This document shows positions 49,624 to 61,760 of a DNA stretch of 64,000 bases, piece after piece (within the stretch, counting starts at the first letter, position 1; every line of letters starts with the position of its first letter). The notes below the pieces were generated by a model. It searched no databases. It was not told where the DNA came from and saw only the letters and a list, made by a program, of their open reading frames with translations. A program made the translations under genes and the position numbers. This DNA comes from Eutreptiella sp. 'Long Island Sound 2002' (lineage: Eukaryota > Protista > Euglenida): contig OZ038379.1 in the NCBI GenBank assembly GCA_964036045.1, forward strand, positions 7,502,001 to 7,566,000, written 5' to 3'.

Positions 49624-51196
49624 CTGTGACAGCGAGCGAGGGGTGCGGCAGTCTGTGCCACAAAAGGTATCAATTGGGGACATGTCATACAAAGAGGGGG
49701 GGGGGGGGGAGGAGGGGCCAACCCCTCGGTTTAGGACACCATCTACACCCCCCAAGCTAAATGCCCCCTTGGGAGGATGGGGGGGGCTCCTGGGAGGGTT
49801 TGGGTCTGGGAGGTAGGGGCCGCAAAAATTTTGTGGGTTTTGAGTCCATATCCCCAACTCAAGGTGCCACTCAATTTGTGGATTGTTTGGTTGGCCAGAG
49901 CTGGCCAGAGCCCCCCCCCCCCCCCGGGGCGGGGGGGGGGGGTGGCACCCTTGGCCCCGCGGAGTCAGCCGGGGGTGGGGGGGGGGGGGGCGGGGGTTGT
50001 TGGCATGACGCCGGGATGGATTGCTGCCCGAAGCTGGCGGCGCCCATTGGCCTCTCGCCACTTACCCCTGTCCTTTCCTTGAATCCTCTCCCTCCCTAGG
50101 TGGTGGTGCCCATCGGCCTCTCACCACCGAGTGTCTCCCTGCCTGGCCTTTCCCTGCCTCCCTACACACCCTTCCTTTCCCTTGGTAGGCTGTGGCAACA
50201 GAGCACCCGGACTTGAGGGGGGGGGGGTGTCGAGTCTGGTCCATTTCCTGGTGGTATTTTTTCGCTGTGGGAAATTTCACAGACCCTTGTTTTTGCGAAC
50301 AATCCCAGAAATGTTGTGGCGTGTAGGGCTTGGCGGGCTCGGTGGAGCTTGGCCAGAGGTGCCACTCACAGTGCAGGGGAGACCCCCCTCTGCCACACTC
50401 TGCCAGTGGTGAGGATCACGATGGTCTCAGGCCCTGATTAGATTCAGGCGGACATGCCCGTACTGCAGGGCGTCCAGAGTTTGAACCCAGTGCCCAAGCA
50501 GCCTCCTGCGCTGGGAGGGTGCATGCCGAGGGCGTGCACAGCGCTGCTCCAAGTACAAACTGTTAACTGTTAACATCAGCGGCTTCATTTCCCTCAAACA
50601 CAGGTCACACACATTCTCGATGACGACCAACTTCTCACTCACAAGCACAATCGGAACTGACGCGATGAACAGACTGTCTGCTGACGTCAGTGCAGCAGTG
50701 CCTGCCTCCCGCCGCACCACCGCCAGAAAAGGTGCGGGGAGTGTGTGGGAATTTTCGCGGCCAATTTGAAACTGCCCACGAGCCGCCCCCCCCCTCCCCT
50801 CACCCCCTGCAGAGGGACGTGAGCAGCCCCCCCGTTTCCTCCACTTGTCGTTGAGCTCATTTCTTGAGGCAGATTGTCGCATCTCCAGCCCGTACTTCAT
50901 TTTAGGGGTGGCTGCTGTACAAAAAGCCACTTTCATCCCTTGCTCTGGTTCCACCCCGGCTGTTCCTGAGTCCCCCCGGTTGTTCTACTGCGGCCTGTCC
51001 GGTTTTCCCGTTCCTTGGCGGGTGACGTTGCCCTGGGGTCGGCATCCATGGAGGCCTGTATGTCGTTGTTAACTTCTTCCCCTGAGGAATTTCCTGTCGG
51101 ACCCAGGGGTTGGAGGTTGGAGGCAGGGGGGGTGGGGGGGGCTTGACCTTCCTTCCTCCGATTGTGTCCCATTCAAGCACAGCACTGCTAGCAAAC

Positions 51197-51485
51197 CTCC
51201 TCGCTCCAAACACTGAAACTGAATTGCCTCCTGGTACTCGCCGTTGTCGTCCTTCTTGACGTCCACAATGTAATTGGGGAAGATGACGCCAAAACCAGAC
51301 TCTTGGAGTTCACCAGGTGTCTGTGGATTGATCTTTCCATACAAGAAATAATGCGCCCCGTTGGCCACTGGCGAGCGGTCCCAGGAAGTAGGGTTGTTCT
51401 GAGGGCTGGGGCCCTTCACCTCAAAATCGTCCAGCCACCGCTTGCCATCTTCGGTCAGGCGAATATCAAACGTGGTGTCGTACAC
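51197..51485 (-). CDS. Lipocalin-fold protein, internal exon
   Basis: Acceptor GCCATCAG|GTG and donor GGAG|GTTTGC. 289 nt, phase 0-1 (VYDTTFDIRLTEDGKRW..FPNYIVDV..EAIQFQCLERG). Confidence 0.85.
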
Positions 51486-53969
51486 CTGATGGCATTCACA
51501 CGCACGGTTCATGTGCGCACGCGACACACAAATTCTAACAGCGCTCGTTCTGCTCCATCGTCTCTCGACTTCCCCCGCCCAACAACACTGCTTGCGCTCC
51601 CACTGCACCATGCCTACCATGTCCGTGCGCCTCGCCCGAGGCAGCCCCATTTGTGTCTGTGCTGGGGCGATCAATAGCGATCATGGACCGTGCCTACGTT
51701 GCTGCACACCGTGTGCTCTGCATTTCCGGTCGGCCCTGCAAGCATGCCTTCTTCAGGAGGTGGGTCACGTGACAGTGTGCAACAAAGGGGACAGGGTGGG
51801 GGTGGGGGGCACAGAAGCAAACTAAGCAAGCGGATGGCCACACATGGCCCGGAGCAAAATAAGCCAATTTTTTCGCATGTACCGAAAAGCTACAGCGCAG
51901 TTGAATTTGTGATCTGTGTGGACGGAGCCTCCAGAAGGTTAAACCTGTTGAGCAGGGCCACCAAGGGCTTCTGGGGACACACAACTGACACCAGTTGCTT
52001 TTCCTTGTTTTTCGTTTTCTTTGTTTCGCTTTTGTCTGTCTTCCCGAGAAGGGGCATGGGGAGGAGACTTTTGGAAGTCCCCTGCTCCAGTTGGGGGCCA
52101 TAAAGGGTCAGGTTTGCTTTCACCGCAAGCTCCAACCGGGCCTGCCCACCACGGTCTTCATCGCTCAAAGTCCGAATGATGTCCAGCTGGGGGAAGGGGG
52201 GGTTTATCAAGGTGGAGCAGGTTTGCTGGTTGGCAGGTCCAGTTTACCCTCTTGGTTGTGTTTTGTGAAGGCGTGCCTGTGGGCTGTGTGTGATTTGGGA
52301 GTGTGTATGGGGGGAACCCTTTAATTGCTTTTTTGGTGTGCTTGTGCGCCATCCATGGGGATTGGGTCCTTGGACCGCAGTATGTGCGTGTTGTACCATA
52401 TGTGGACAGGCAACAGTGCGTAGTGGCTGTCACAGGCTGAGACTGGCCCGCCTGCCTGCCAAAGTGGCAGGTCAAGGGGAGAACAGCGACACCCTGGGGG
52501 ATGATTCATGCGGTCGTGTTTGTTGCTGTGGCGTTCAAAGATGCTGTGTAGTGTGTGCGGTTACAGTGCGCACCAAAAGCAATCGTGAACGTAATGCCTC
52601 ACGCCCGCCATGAAGTGCATGGGACCCGTCAGAGCAGCTGATCGACGACTGGTGCCATACCCCCCCCTCCCCAAACTTATACTTGAGCTATGGATCTATA
52701 AACCTATAAACGAAGCCCGGTGGACAAAGGCAAAAAATCACAAGTAGTGCCCCCTGACTGCGTGCAGGAACTCCCTCGCATCAGTACTTCGGTTTCCATG
52801 GTGGCGACAGCTAACCACCTGTACGTACGTCCTCCCAGGCATCCGGGTCGGCTATCAGTGGCTGGGAGTAGTGGGGGCAGTACACCAAGTTGCCGTTCCA
52901 GCTATTTCAGCGATTGTACTGTGGTTCTTGCGGATAGGTGGAGGGGTGGAAGGGAGGGTCTAGGTGCGCACTGTTCCCTTGGCGTCGTTTGCATGCGGGT
53001 GGGGCCGTGGTGGCTGCCTGTGGGTGCCTTCGGAGCTTTTCGGATCGCTCCAGAGTTGTACATGGCCGCAGGCTTCACTCAGGGGAAGTTACCCGCTTGG
53101 AGGGATGGGGAGAGGGGCAGGGATGGCAGGTGCAGTGGCGCTTGCGGTGGTTGGTGGTCCATGGCAAAACCACACCCAGCCTGAAATCCCCGCAACCTCC
53201 TCCTCAACATTCAACCTGACCTGCGGAGAGAAATCTGTCAAATGCAGTTTGCAGACCGGGGCGAGCAATACAAAAGACAGAGTGGACCTTAGGCACCGTT
53301 CTGTTGCACAGGAAGGGCGACGTGGTGGCCCGTGGGAGGGGCACTGGTGTCTGATGTAGTTCGGCAGCGGTATGCACGAATGCTGCCGCCATGCTGAGCT
53401 ACATTCCCCCCGTGTCTGCCCCCCCCCCATTGGGAAAATGCATGGAACAGAATTTGCTGAAAAAACAACGCCGAATGCACTGGGGCAAGGGCCGGTTGCT
53501 TGCAAAATTTGAGGCAAATTTCCGCGACCAGTTTGGGAAACTCTCATAGTCATTTCCTGACATCAGGCCTGACAAAACCTCTCATCCGAATGCCCTAGGC
53601 TGTGAATGCCTATGACAGGGTGCAAGCACGCGTCAGCACAGAAAGCAGAAAAGACGGCTCATCAGTGGCCAAAATAAACACCCAAGGCGCCTCTCTGAAC
53701 AGTGAAGGTTGGAGCAAAGGCGTGCCAAGCAGCGTCGCAGAGGCAACCCAATCCACTGCAGGTCTCCGCAAAGCACGAGCAAGGACAGGTGATGCATATG
53801 CACGTGTGGTGCAAAGGCAAAACAGCCGCACCGCATGTCTCTGCAAGGCGAGAGATTGTCTGGGGATGGGATGTGCAGGGAGCCCAACGTCCCTCCCCCC
53901 CGCCGCCGCCCCGCGGCCCTAGGCCCCAGACCCCAAATGTCCTGCTCAGCCTAGGCCCCCGCTCCACAC

Positions 53970-54299
53970 CTCCTTGAACTGCGTGTAATCATGGAAAGCC
54001 ACTTCGTACCACAGGCCGCCGTATTTCTTCAGGTCGAACGCATCCATCGACGGCTGTCGAACCTGTTCATACGTGGGGCACCCCAGAACCCCATCGTTGA
54101 GGGCCAGGTCGTAATCCCCAATCTTGTTCATGCCTGAAACTCCATTCCCAACGTAGTCCAGGGCCACGGCCAGCACAACCCCAGTGACAGTGTTGGCGAC
54201 CGCCTTGTTCTTGGACAAAGCCGTGAACAGCAGGGTGGAAAAAGCGAGGCCGGCGATGGGAGTGCCTACAACTGTCGGGCCTGGAAACTTGTCGACGAG
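53970..54299 (-). CDS. Lipocalin-fold protein, exon with hydrophobic segments and SCR1 motif
   Basis: Acceptor GTCCTTCAG| and donor AAGGAG|GTGTGG. 330 nt, phase 0-0. Contains FDLKKYGGLWYEVA, the lipocalin G-x-W-Y SCR1 motif. Confidence 0.85.
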
Positions 54300-55249
54300 C
54301 TGAAGGACAACAAGAGGTCGCCATGAAATCCATCCTTGAATTCCGGCTCAAAATCGGTCTGCTTTCAAAGCACCCTCAAACCGCCGTCAGATGCCCGCCA
54401 ACTGTCGTCAGGGGCACCAGGAACCATCTGCTGCTATGCTCTGCCCCCATTCTGGGTGATCCCGCGGGCCACGCGGGGGGGGGGGGGGGCACGGATGTGC
54501 CTACAGGCTGGGGAGCATACCCGTTGGGTTCCGGTTTGTTTTTCTGGTTCTGTTTACCCCTTCCCCACTCCCGTTTCCGGATCCAAGCCCGAACCCAATG
54601 GATGCGCCCCCGAGCCTGTAGTAAGACAGAACGCCTGCGCTAGCCAACCACCCGCCCCCGCTCAAGGTCGCGACTGATGCGAGTCCCCTGGACTGGCACC
54701 AGCCGCCGAACAATTAACTACCAAACACCCAATTTCCATTCCGACTTCACTCCTTGCAGGGAGGTTCAGGGTGCACCTCCTTCTGCCCCTCAGTCCCTCT
54801 GTTGGGGTCGGGACGGAGTCCTGGCCTGGCGGCGGCGATCGGCTGCCACTGCTGCGCTGGATTGGCGCGCCGTGGGACACCCCTATCAGGGCCGCCCCCC
54901 TTCGGAGTTTGTGGGACCCTGGCGAGGGTCTTGGGGTAATTCTTCGGTTCTTTTGGAGATGTTGAGAGGAGGGGTGTAGGGAGGGAGGGAGACAAACAAA
55001 AGGGGCCGTGGAGAGTCCAGTGAGCAGCCCAAAGGCCCAGGTGGCCACCCCGCTGGCGGAGCCCATCCCAACCCATCACGGCAGGGGGGAGACTCCTCCG
55101 TGATGGCCGGCGGAGGGGAAGACACCAAAAACCGGGGCATTGCCGCCCCCCCAGGTTGCGTGTTGGCCTAGGGGCGCGACCCACTGCCACCCTAGTTTCA
55201 CCCCCACACCACGGTGAGGTACGCGCCCCTGGGCGGCCGTGGGGGTTGT

Positions 55250-55355
55250 GTTATGGTGTGGTGCGGTGTGTCGTGTTGCGTTGCGTTGTGATGCGTTGCA
55301 ACGCTTTGGGCTGCGGTGTGTTGCATCATGTTGTGGTGCATTGTGTTGTGTTGTG
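55250..55355. repeat. GTGTT/GCGTT pentamer microsatellite
   Basis: Direct reading. Confidence 0.8.
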
Positions 55356-55567
55356 TCAGAAGGGGGAAGACCCTCATTAGACGCCTGTATGGATGCCTCT
55401 CTGCAGGTGGCGGCAGGATGCACAACGCAATTCTATCTCGCTCTTGATGGTATCAATGTTTGTAACACACCCTCATCAGAGGGATGGAAGCGAGAGGTGC
55501 AAAACAACTCTTTATGTGTGCTAGATTGGCCAGTTCAAAGCACAGACAGTCGGTAGGAAGGGCAGAC

Positions 55568-55672
55568 CTCGGCAAGCCACAAAACAGGCTTCACAAGCGG
55601 ATGGGTCGTGGCAAATAAGATCCAGAACGCCTTGATTGCCTCAAAATCCTCCTCACTGGCCCCCGCTTTCAG
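55568..55672 (-). CDS. Lipocalin-fold protein, upstream exon (further 5' exons not located)
   Basis: Acceptor ATCAACAG| and donor GCCGAG|GTCTGC. 105 nt, phase 0-0, open (LKAGASEEDFEAIKAFWILFATTHPLVKPVLWLAE). Confidence 0.6.
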
Positions 55673-57329
55673 CTGTTGATACTAGGATGGATAAGGCGAT
55701 GGTTCAGGATGTGCTTGAGGGCTGAACTCAGCTGAAACTCCACATGTAATGGCCAAAAGGCCGGTTGGTACCTCCTGCACAACAGGAGGTACCAACCGGC
55801 CTCAGTATTCCGGTATGGTGCACCATCCGATCCATTTCCATCCCATCCCATTGCACTCAGCTGAGCCCCGCTTCCCGCAAGGAATCAATACACTGCCTCA
55901 CCGGAAAACACACTGGAGCCATACATGGCATTGCATACAATCCTGTGCGGCAAAGTGCCGTGAGAAAATTTCTCTGGGTCTCTGGGTGGATAAATCTGAG
56001 CCCCAACAGGAAATTTGCACTTCACTGTGCAAGGTCACATGGAGATACCCTCTGAATGACTGGCAGCGGGGTTTGTTTGAAAATGGTTTTGCGCTGTGTG
56101 TAAGCATGCGTCGCTCATAGGAAAAAAACCTTTTTCCATTGGGAAATTGGGTATTTGAGCAGCAAACTCACCAATAACACAGTGAGAACCACTGAAAACA
56201 GCAAAACAGTTGAAGAGTGGTCTAAAGAATGTTGTAAGAGCGAAAATCGAGCTTCTTTTTAGTTGGACCAAAACAAGTACCCAACCAAAATCAGAAAAAT
56301 TGACAACGCCCCCCCAACTCACCAACAGACTGAAGAGTTAACAATTCATGGCCAAAACTTGTCCGTCAATGAACAAAATACGTGGAATGGTATGGTATGG
56401 AGTAAGAACACTGTCATAGGCCCAAAATGAACTGCGACCCCTCACCGGCTGGTGTCGTGGGAGCCAAAGTATTCAGGATCCACCTGAGGCAGCATTAAAT
56501 GAAATGCCACCAAACAAATGATGCGGGCCATTGCTTCTTTGGTGACTTGTTTCCATGCCGGTCCATTGCTGGTGAATGCGTTGTGCCGTTTCTTCCTGAT
56601 CAATTGTCACATACAGAGAGGTGTCTTTGTCTTTGCTGGAAACACAATGAGTGACAGTGACCACTGATGAGTACTCAACCCGCAAGTGGCGCTGAAGCGG
56701 AAGACCTGAATTCTGATAGACAGGATGACATTGAGACCCACTGCCATCCATGGTTTGAGGTGTTACCTGTTCGCAGCCAGCACCACGTGCGCAACTCATG
56801 CTCCCGTGGCTGTATGACACTTATGTGACATGCTGCCAGAAATGGCCTTGCGTTTCAAAAACCAAGAACGCTGACAGAGTGGCACATGCATATATGCAGC
56901 ATACACCATTTCAAGGACAGAAATGCGGAGGCCATGATGCACACAGGCTACAAATCGTACCAGGTGCTCATTGCACTGCGGTATTGTTTGGCCCACGGGC
57001 CCTGCATGCTGGACGAAACTTGGTAACCCAGCAATTGTGAAGAAACTGGGATGCTTTGACCCAACTACAGCTGAAATGAGGGGTTTGGACTGCAAATTTG
57101 TCCAGCCCCAGGTCCTGTGGCCAGGTCCAAACCAAAGCCCAAACCGAAGGGCCATGGTCCCTTTGCACCGCAGCATTGCTTGATATTTTCAATGCGCCAA
57201 TCCACAAACGGTCCCATGCACTTCAAACTGCATATCACAGTCATTCATTGTGCAGACCAGTGTCTGCACAATGAAATACTAAGTACTCCCTGACATTCAA
57301 TATGGCCCGGCGAAAGGGGGGGGGGTTGG

Positions 57330-57540
57330 CACGAGGCCATGGAGTTGGTTTGCTTGCCTTTGGCGGCGCCTCTTGGCCTCTCTCGCCGTCGTACATTCCG
57401 ACCCTCTGTGGGTCCGAAAGTGTTTTGGTTGTGTCAACGGAGCCCCCGGATGACTTGTCCTTGTTGCCCGTGCCGTTGACCAGGGGCATCCAGATGCACA
57501 CTCCGAGTCCATGCGGGGTTTACCGACTCCAGCACTGACT
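57330..57540. repeat. Dispersed repeat (related fragment at 60309-60375)
   Basis: Shared CACGAGGCCATGG..TCCGAC(C)C..GTGGGTCCGAA.GTGTT.TGGTTGTGTCAA.GGAG. Confidence 0.7.
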
Positions 57541-58429
57541 TGTGCACTTGGTGTGTGTACAGATGTACACTTGGTGTGTGCATCTGCAGGATTATTTTCC
57601 TGACAGGGGCTTCTAACAACCACAATGATTCTTTCCCTTTTGTCCTTTCCTTTGCCTCCCTTTGCGCCCTGCACCATTTTCGGCGAGCGCGGTCTGTCCT
57701 GCCCTGTGCCCTTGGGGGGGAGGGGGGGGGGTGAGACCTAATTAAAATGAGCGAAGCGAAAAGGGGGGGATATTATATTGAACGGCCACCAATTCAACCC
57801 CAACATCAACAACAATACCAATAACAACAAAAAATTGGCAGGCAAGATACCTCACACCCTGAATTTTACCTGCCCCTGCGTCATAATGTGGGTGTGGGTG
57901 TGGGTGGGTGTTATTCGATCAAGACAGCGGCAGTGTGCATAGGCTTTCAATGGCCCGACCGCCATCCCAAATGGCTGATGATACAGGGAGGCCACGCTAC
58001 AAAGCGCCTGGCCGTTGCGGGGCGAGATGCAAGGAATGCACAGCACTCCAATCCTGATCCCTGGTTGTTCGGGCATGCCAGCCAGACACCTGGGAGACAA
58101 AATAGGCCCATGCAGGGTAATGAGCCAATATTGCAGCTGCCGGAAGTGCAACGGGCAAAACTCGCGTTGCAGCAGTAACTTCCTCCCACAAATTCAAGTC
58201 TTCATCTCCGCCCTGGACATCGCAGAAAAACATGGTGCACGCACATCGCTCCGGGTGGTCCCACCGCAGGTGGAAAGCCTTTGAATGCTGTCGCACGCCT
58301 CTTCCCAACGCCAAATGGGGCACAACGGCACCGACGAGGTGAGCAACCTCAAGCAAGTGTGAATGAAGGGATCAGTCCCATGGCTCCACCGCTGGCATCC
58401 ACTGATTCAGGTCTGCAAATTCGAAAACT

Positions 58430-59750
58430 ACTTGCCCTTCTTCCCGTACGACTGTTTCATCATAGGTCTCCCATTTACGTGAAGCCTTTCATGCGGGATT
58501 GGTTTGCTGACTACCAGCCAGAGCACACGTGCCACAGCCCTGGCTCGGCAGGGTGCAGCCAGTCTTTTGTTTTGCATGGATGCCGTGTCGTACACAACAG
58601 ATGCTATGACACAAATCACAAAAAAATGCTCCTTTTGGGCCCAGTGTGCGCGGCAAAAAGACCGAAATTTCACATTATCATTGCCTGAGAGTATGTTGAC
58701 CAGCTCAACACAATACCCATGGTGGTGCCCATAGCTGTCACGCATCCGCGTGAGTTGACCTTCAGCAGCAACCCCACAAACAGTCCAACGCGTCACCATT
58801 GATATTGCCAGAAGAATGTGGGCAGCATTGGAAGACCCACAAGACAAAAACTCGCGAAAAGAGAGTCACCTTGGCTCCTGTGAAGATACGTTCTCTTCTG
58901 AAAATGGACCCTTCGGGATGGGATTTATCAGCCCCCACTGCCCATGGAGCAGCGGTTTCACTGGTCCCTAATCAGCAACTGAAACACGCCGCGGCGCAAA
59001 TGGGCACACAGCGGATGCCACGGCACATGGGCAGATCAAATGGGGCACCTCATTCATCGGATCAAAGGCACTGGCTTCACTTGGCGAAGGCTTGGCGTCA
59101 GCGTTCTTCGCTGCAAAATTGGTCGGTGTGTAAATGGGTGTCAGGTGCAGGCACGATTGGACACTGACAACCCTCAACAAATGCGCAGTGCAGCACATAC
59201 TGCCAAGCTCCACTCAGCGTGGATGCGCGTACACAAATGGAGGGAGGGCTCAACCATGCCTTGTGTGATGACTTGAACACAATAACTGTGAACGCAATAC
59301 TCCAGGCCCCAGCACTCCTGCCTGGGGCCGCATTTTCAGCAAATGCATCCAATCCCCTCCCTGATCGTAGACACGGCATATGCCAAAATGCCTGAGCGTA
59401 TTGGTGGCATATTGGTCTTGCAATCAGTCCAATCGACCGGCAACTGCAGCCAGCATCGCGGCTAGCGAGTGCACCGCGCACCCCATCCAGGGGAGGCAAT
59501 CTGGTACACTGTTGAAATGAGGGGCCAGATTCTTCTGCAATCGTTACTTTGCTTTTTGGTCAGTGGACCAGAGCATGGCGGCAGTCGGACCCATACCCAG
59601 CCATTCTCCCCCTCGGAGGTTCGGCTGCTTGCACTCTCCCCCGGGCGCACTATGCTGCAGATGGTCCACTTGGGGGTTGTGCTGCGTTGGGGCTGGCTGA
59701 ACACAGGTCCCGTTGTGGTGCACACCGCAATTGATGGACAAATATGCATA
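58430..59750 (-). pseudogene. Possible highly decayed LINE (endonuclease-like and RT-like remnants)
   Basis: Weak remnants only: GWVWVRL..ISTVY, APG..W..VIVFK. Confidence 0.25.
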
Positions 59751-60936
59751 TCTGCTTGTGCTTGCAGCCTTCACCAGACCAGCAGTCCTCTTCCGTCCTG
59801 TCAGGTCCTAGTCGCGTGCTTGGGCCTTGTCCCCGCGGCGCTGTGATGGTGGTGTGGGTGGAACATGCCCTGGCATTGGCTCTGTCCATCCTGCATGTCG
59901 TGCCTGTCTCGCCGATAAGCGACAGAACCTTCGTGCAGCCTGACGTGTTGTGTTGTGGCTGGTTCAAGTTGCGGCACGCCCATCGGGAACACGGATTTCC
60001 GGGCTCAATGACTGGTGTGGCGGTGTGGGGTGGGCAGAGGTTCGGGGCACACGGAGAGGCCACCATGGCCACTCTTGCACATGGCACAGCTCCTCCTTTA
60101 CAGCTGTCCACCTGCCAGAGGAGCAAGGAGCAAAGGATTCCCTTTGCACCCCTCAGCCCCCCAGCTTCGCCGTCCCTGGGCGACCTGGAACTTTCCCCTT
60201 CCCTCTCCACTGCACCTGCACCGCCACAGCACCTGCCAGGCGGTCAAGAATTTTCTTCCGGCAAGGCACTGAATGTAGGGCTTGGACCATCGGGCCCGGG
60301 GGTTTGACACGAGGCCATGGTGTGCACATCCCGACCCCTTGTGGGTCCGAACGTGTTCTGGTTGTGTCAAAGGAGGGGGGGGGGGGCGGAGGCTCGGCTG
60401 TCGGCTTGATTGAGAACGAATCCTCGGGATGCTGAACATGGTCCGTGCATATTGTGGATACCTTGCTGCTTTGCAGATTCCTTCTTTATTACGGCGCCTC
60501 GCTTTCGATTTGCCCGATCTTCAGCACCTGACGACATGCGTGTAGTAGATGCCCCGTCCTGTCCAAAAAAAAAACCGCCCCAGATTGAGAAAAAATCAAA
60601 GAGGGGGCGTTGCAGGCGTGGCTTCTGCTGCTTTCAGAAGAGGTTCCCCCTCCCGATGGTTTTTCGTTTCCAAAATATGGTTCAGCAATTCCAATGCCTT
60701 CAGCAAATCCATTTCATAGAGGAACGCCGATTTACAGAATGGCTAAAACTGGCCCTTTTCGAAGATGAATGGCAGCAACTAAGGGGGTGCAGATGGTGCG
60801 GTCGGACTTGGGCTACTTTGGGGGGGTTGCGGGGAGACATGGTGTATGATAGTGAACGGTATGCATTGGCTTCAATGAATTTGGGCGTCACACACACACG
60901 CGCGCGCGCGGGCGTCGCACACACGCAGGCACACAC

Positions 60937-60939
<3 letters not shown>

Positions 60940-61023
<84 letters not shown>

Positions 61024-61035
61024 AAGAAAGAGAGC

Positions 61036-61080
<45 letters not shown>
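60940..61080. repeat. (GA)n microsatellite
   Basis: Direct reading. Confidence 0.98.
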
Positions 61081-61081
<1 letters not shown>

Positions 61082-61324
61082 ACCCGCACCCACAACCACA
61101 CAGGCACGATGCAAACGCCTCTGCACGCGCACATGGTGGCCCGCTGATCTCTTGGGGTGTGCGGGGGGTGTAGGATATCAACGCACGCCCTGAATCAATG
61201 AGTACACCCCCTGCGTTGATCCCCTAAGGGGTGTGGGGCGTGTGGGATATCAACGCAGGCCCTAAATGAATGAGTACTCCAACACCCCTTTCCCGTCCGC
61301 TCCTTTCCTCCAATAGCGGTTACC

Positions 61325-61760
61325 GAGTGGAATAAGCGGTTGCTTGGGGCGGTACCCAGGCCAGCGCAGGGTGGTCCACCAGGACCTCAAACCGTACAAC
61401 ATCTTCCTCAGCGCCATGCACCACGGTCCCTGCCGGTGGCGGACTTTGGGATGGCGAAATGGGCGCAGGCACCATCACCACTGCGAGCAGGGTTTGGGAC
61501 AGGGATCGTTGATCTTTTGGGGGCAACTGAGCATATGTGCACCGAGAGGGCACATGGAGGGCCATGGAAGCCCTCAAATGTTGCCACTGCATTGGCGGCG
61601 GCACTCCACTCACAAAGATCCACCAAACCGACCGAATCTTTAGTGCAAACACCCGCTGTCCAGGGGGGGATCTATGGAATCTATGGAAGATAGCATCAAC
61701 GTTGCACCATTGGTTACGGGGGTCCACAAAGCTGGCTCCGACCTGGTTCGCATCGAAGAA
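61325..61760 (+). pseudogene. Protein kinase pseudogene fragment
   Basis: RRVVHQDLKPYNIFLS, a frameshift, then VADFGMAK and GATEHMCTE (subdomains VIb-VIII). Confidence 0.75.

Noticed and set aside
50427-50954. 175-aa ORF inside the lipocalin intron
   Set aside because: No recognisable domain, and it is not needed for the in-phase exon chain.
5878-55672. Non-canonical (euglenid non-GT-AG) introns
   Set aside because: Every junction I could reconstruct is explained by GT-AG with the correct phase; small non-canonical introns elsewhere cannot be excluded without cDNA.
55850-56620. piggyBac transposase remnant (minus strand WKQVTKEAMARIICLV..; RCQSFRGYLHV)
   Set aside because: The resemblance is suggestive, but no DDD catalytic motifs, TIRs or TTAA TSD could be found.
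60410-61181. ORFs rich in RE or SL repeats
   Set aside because: They are translations of the (GA)n microsatellite.
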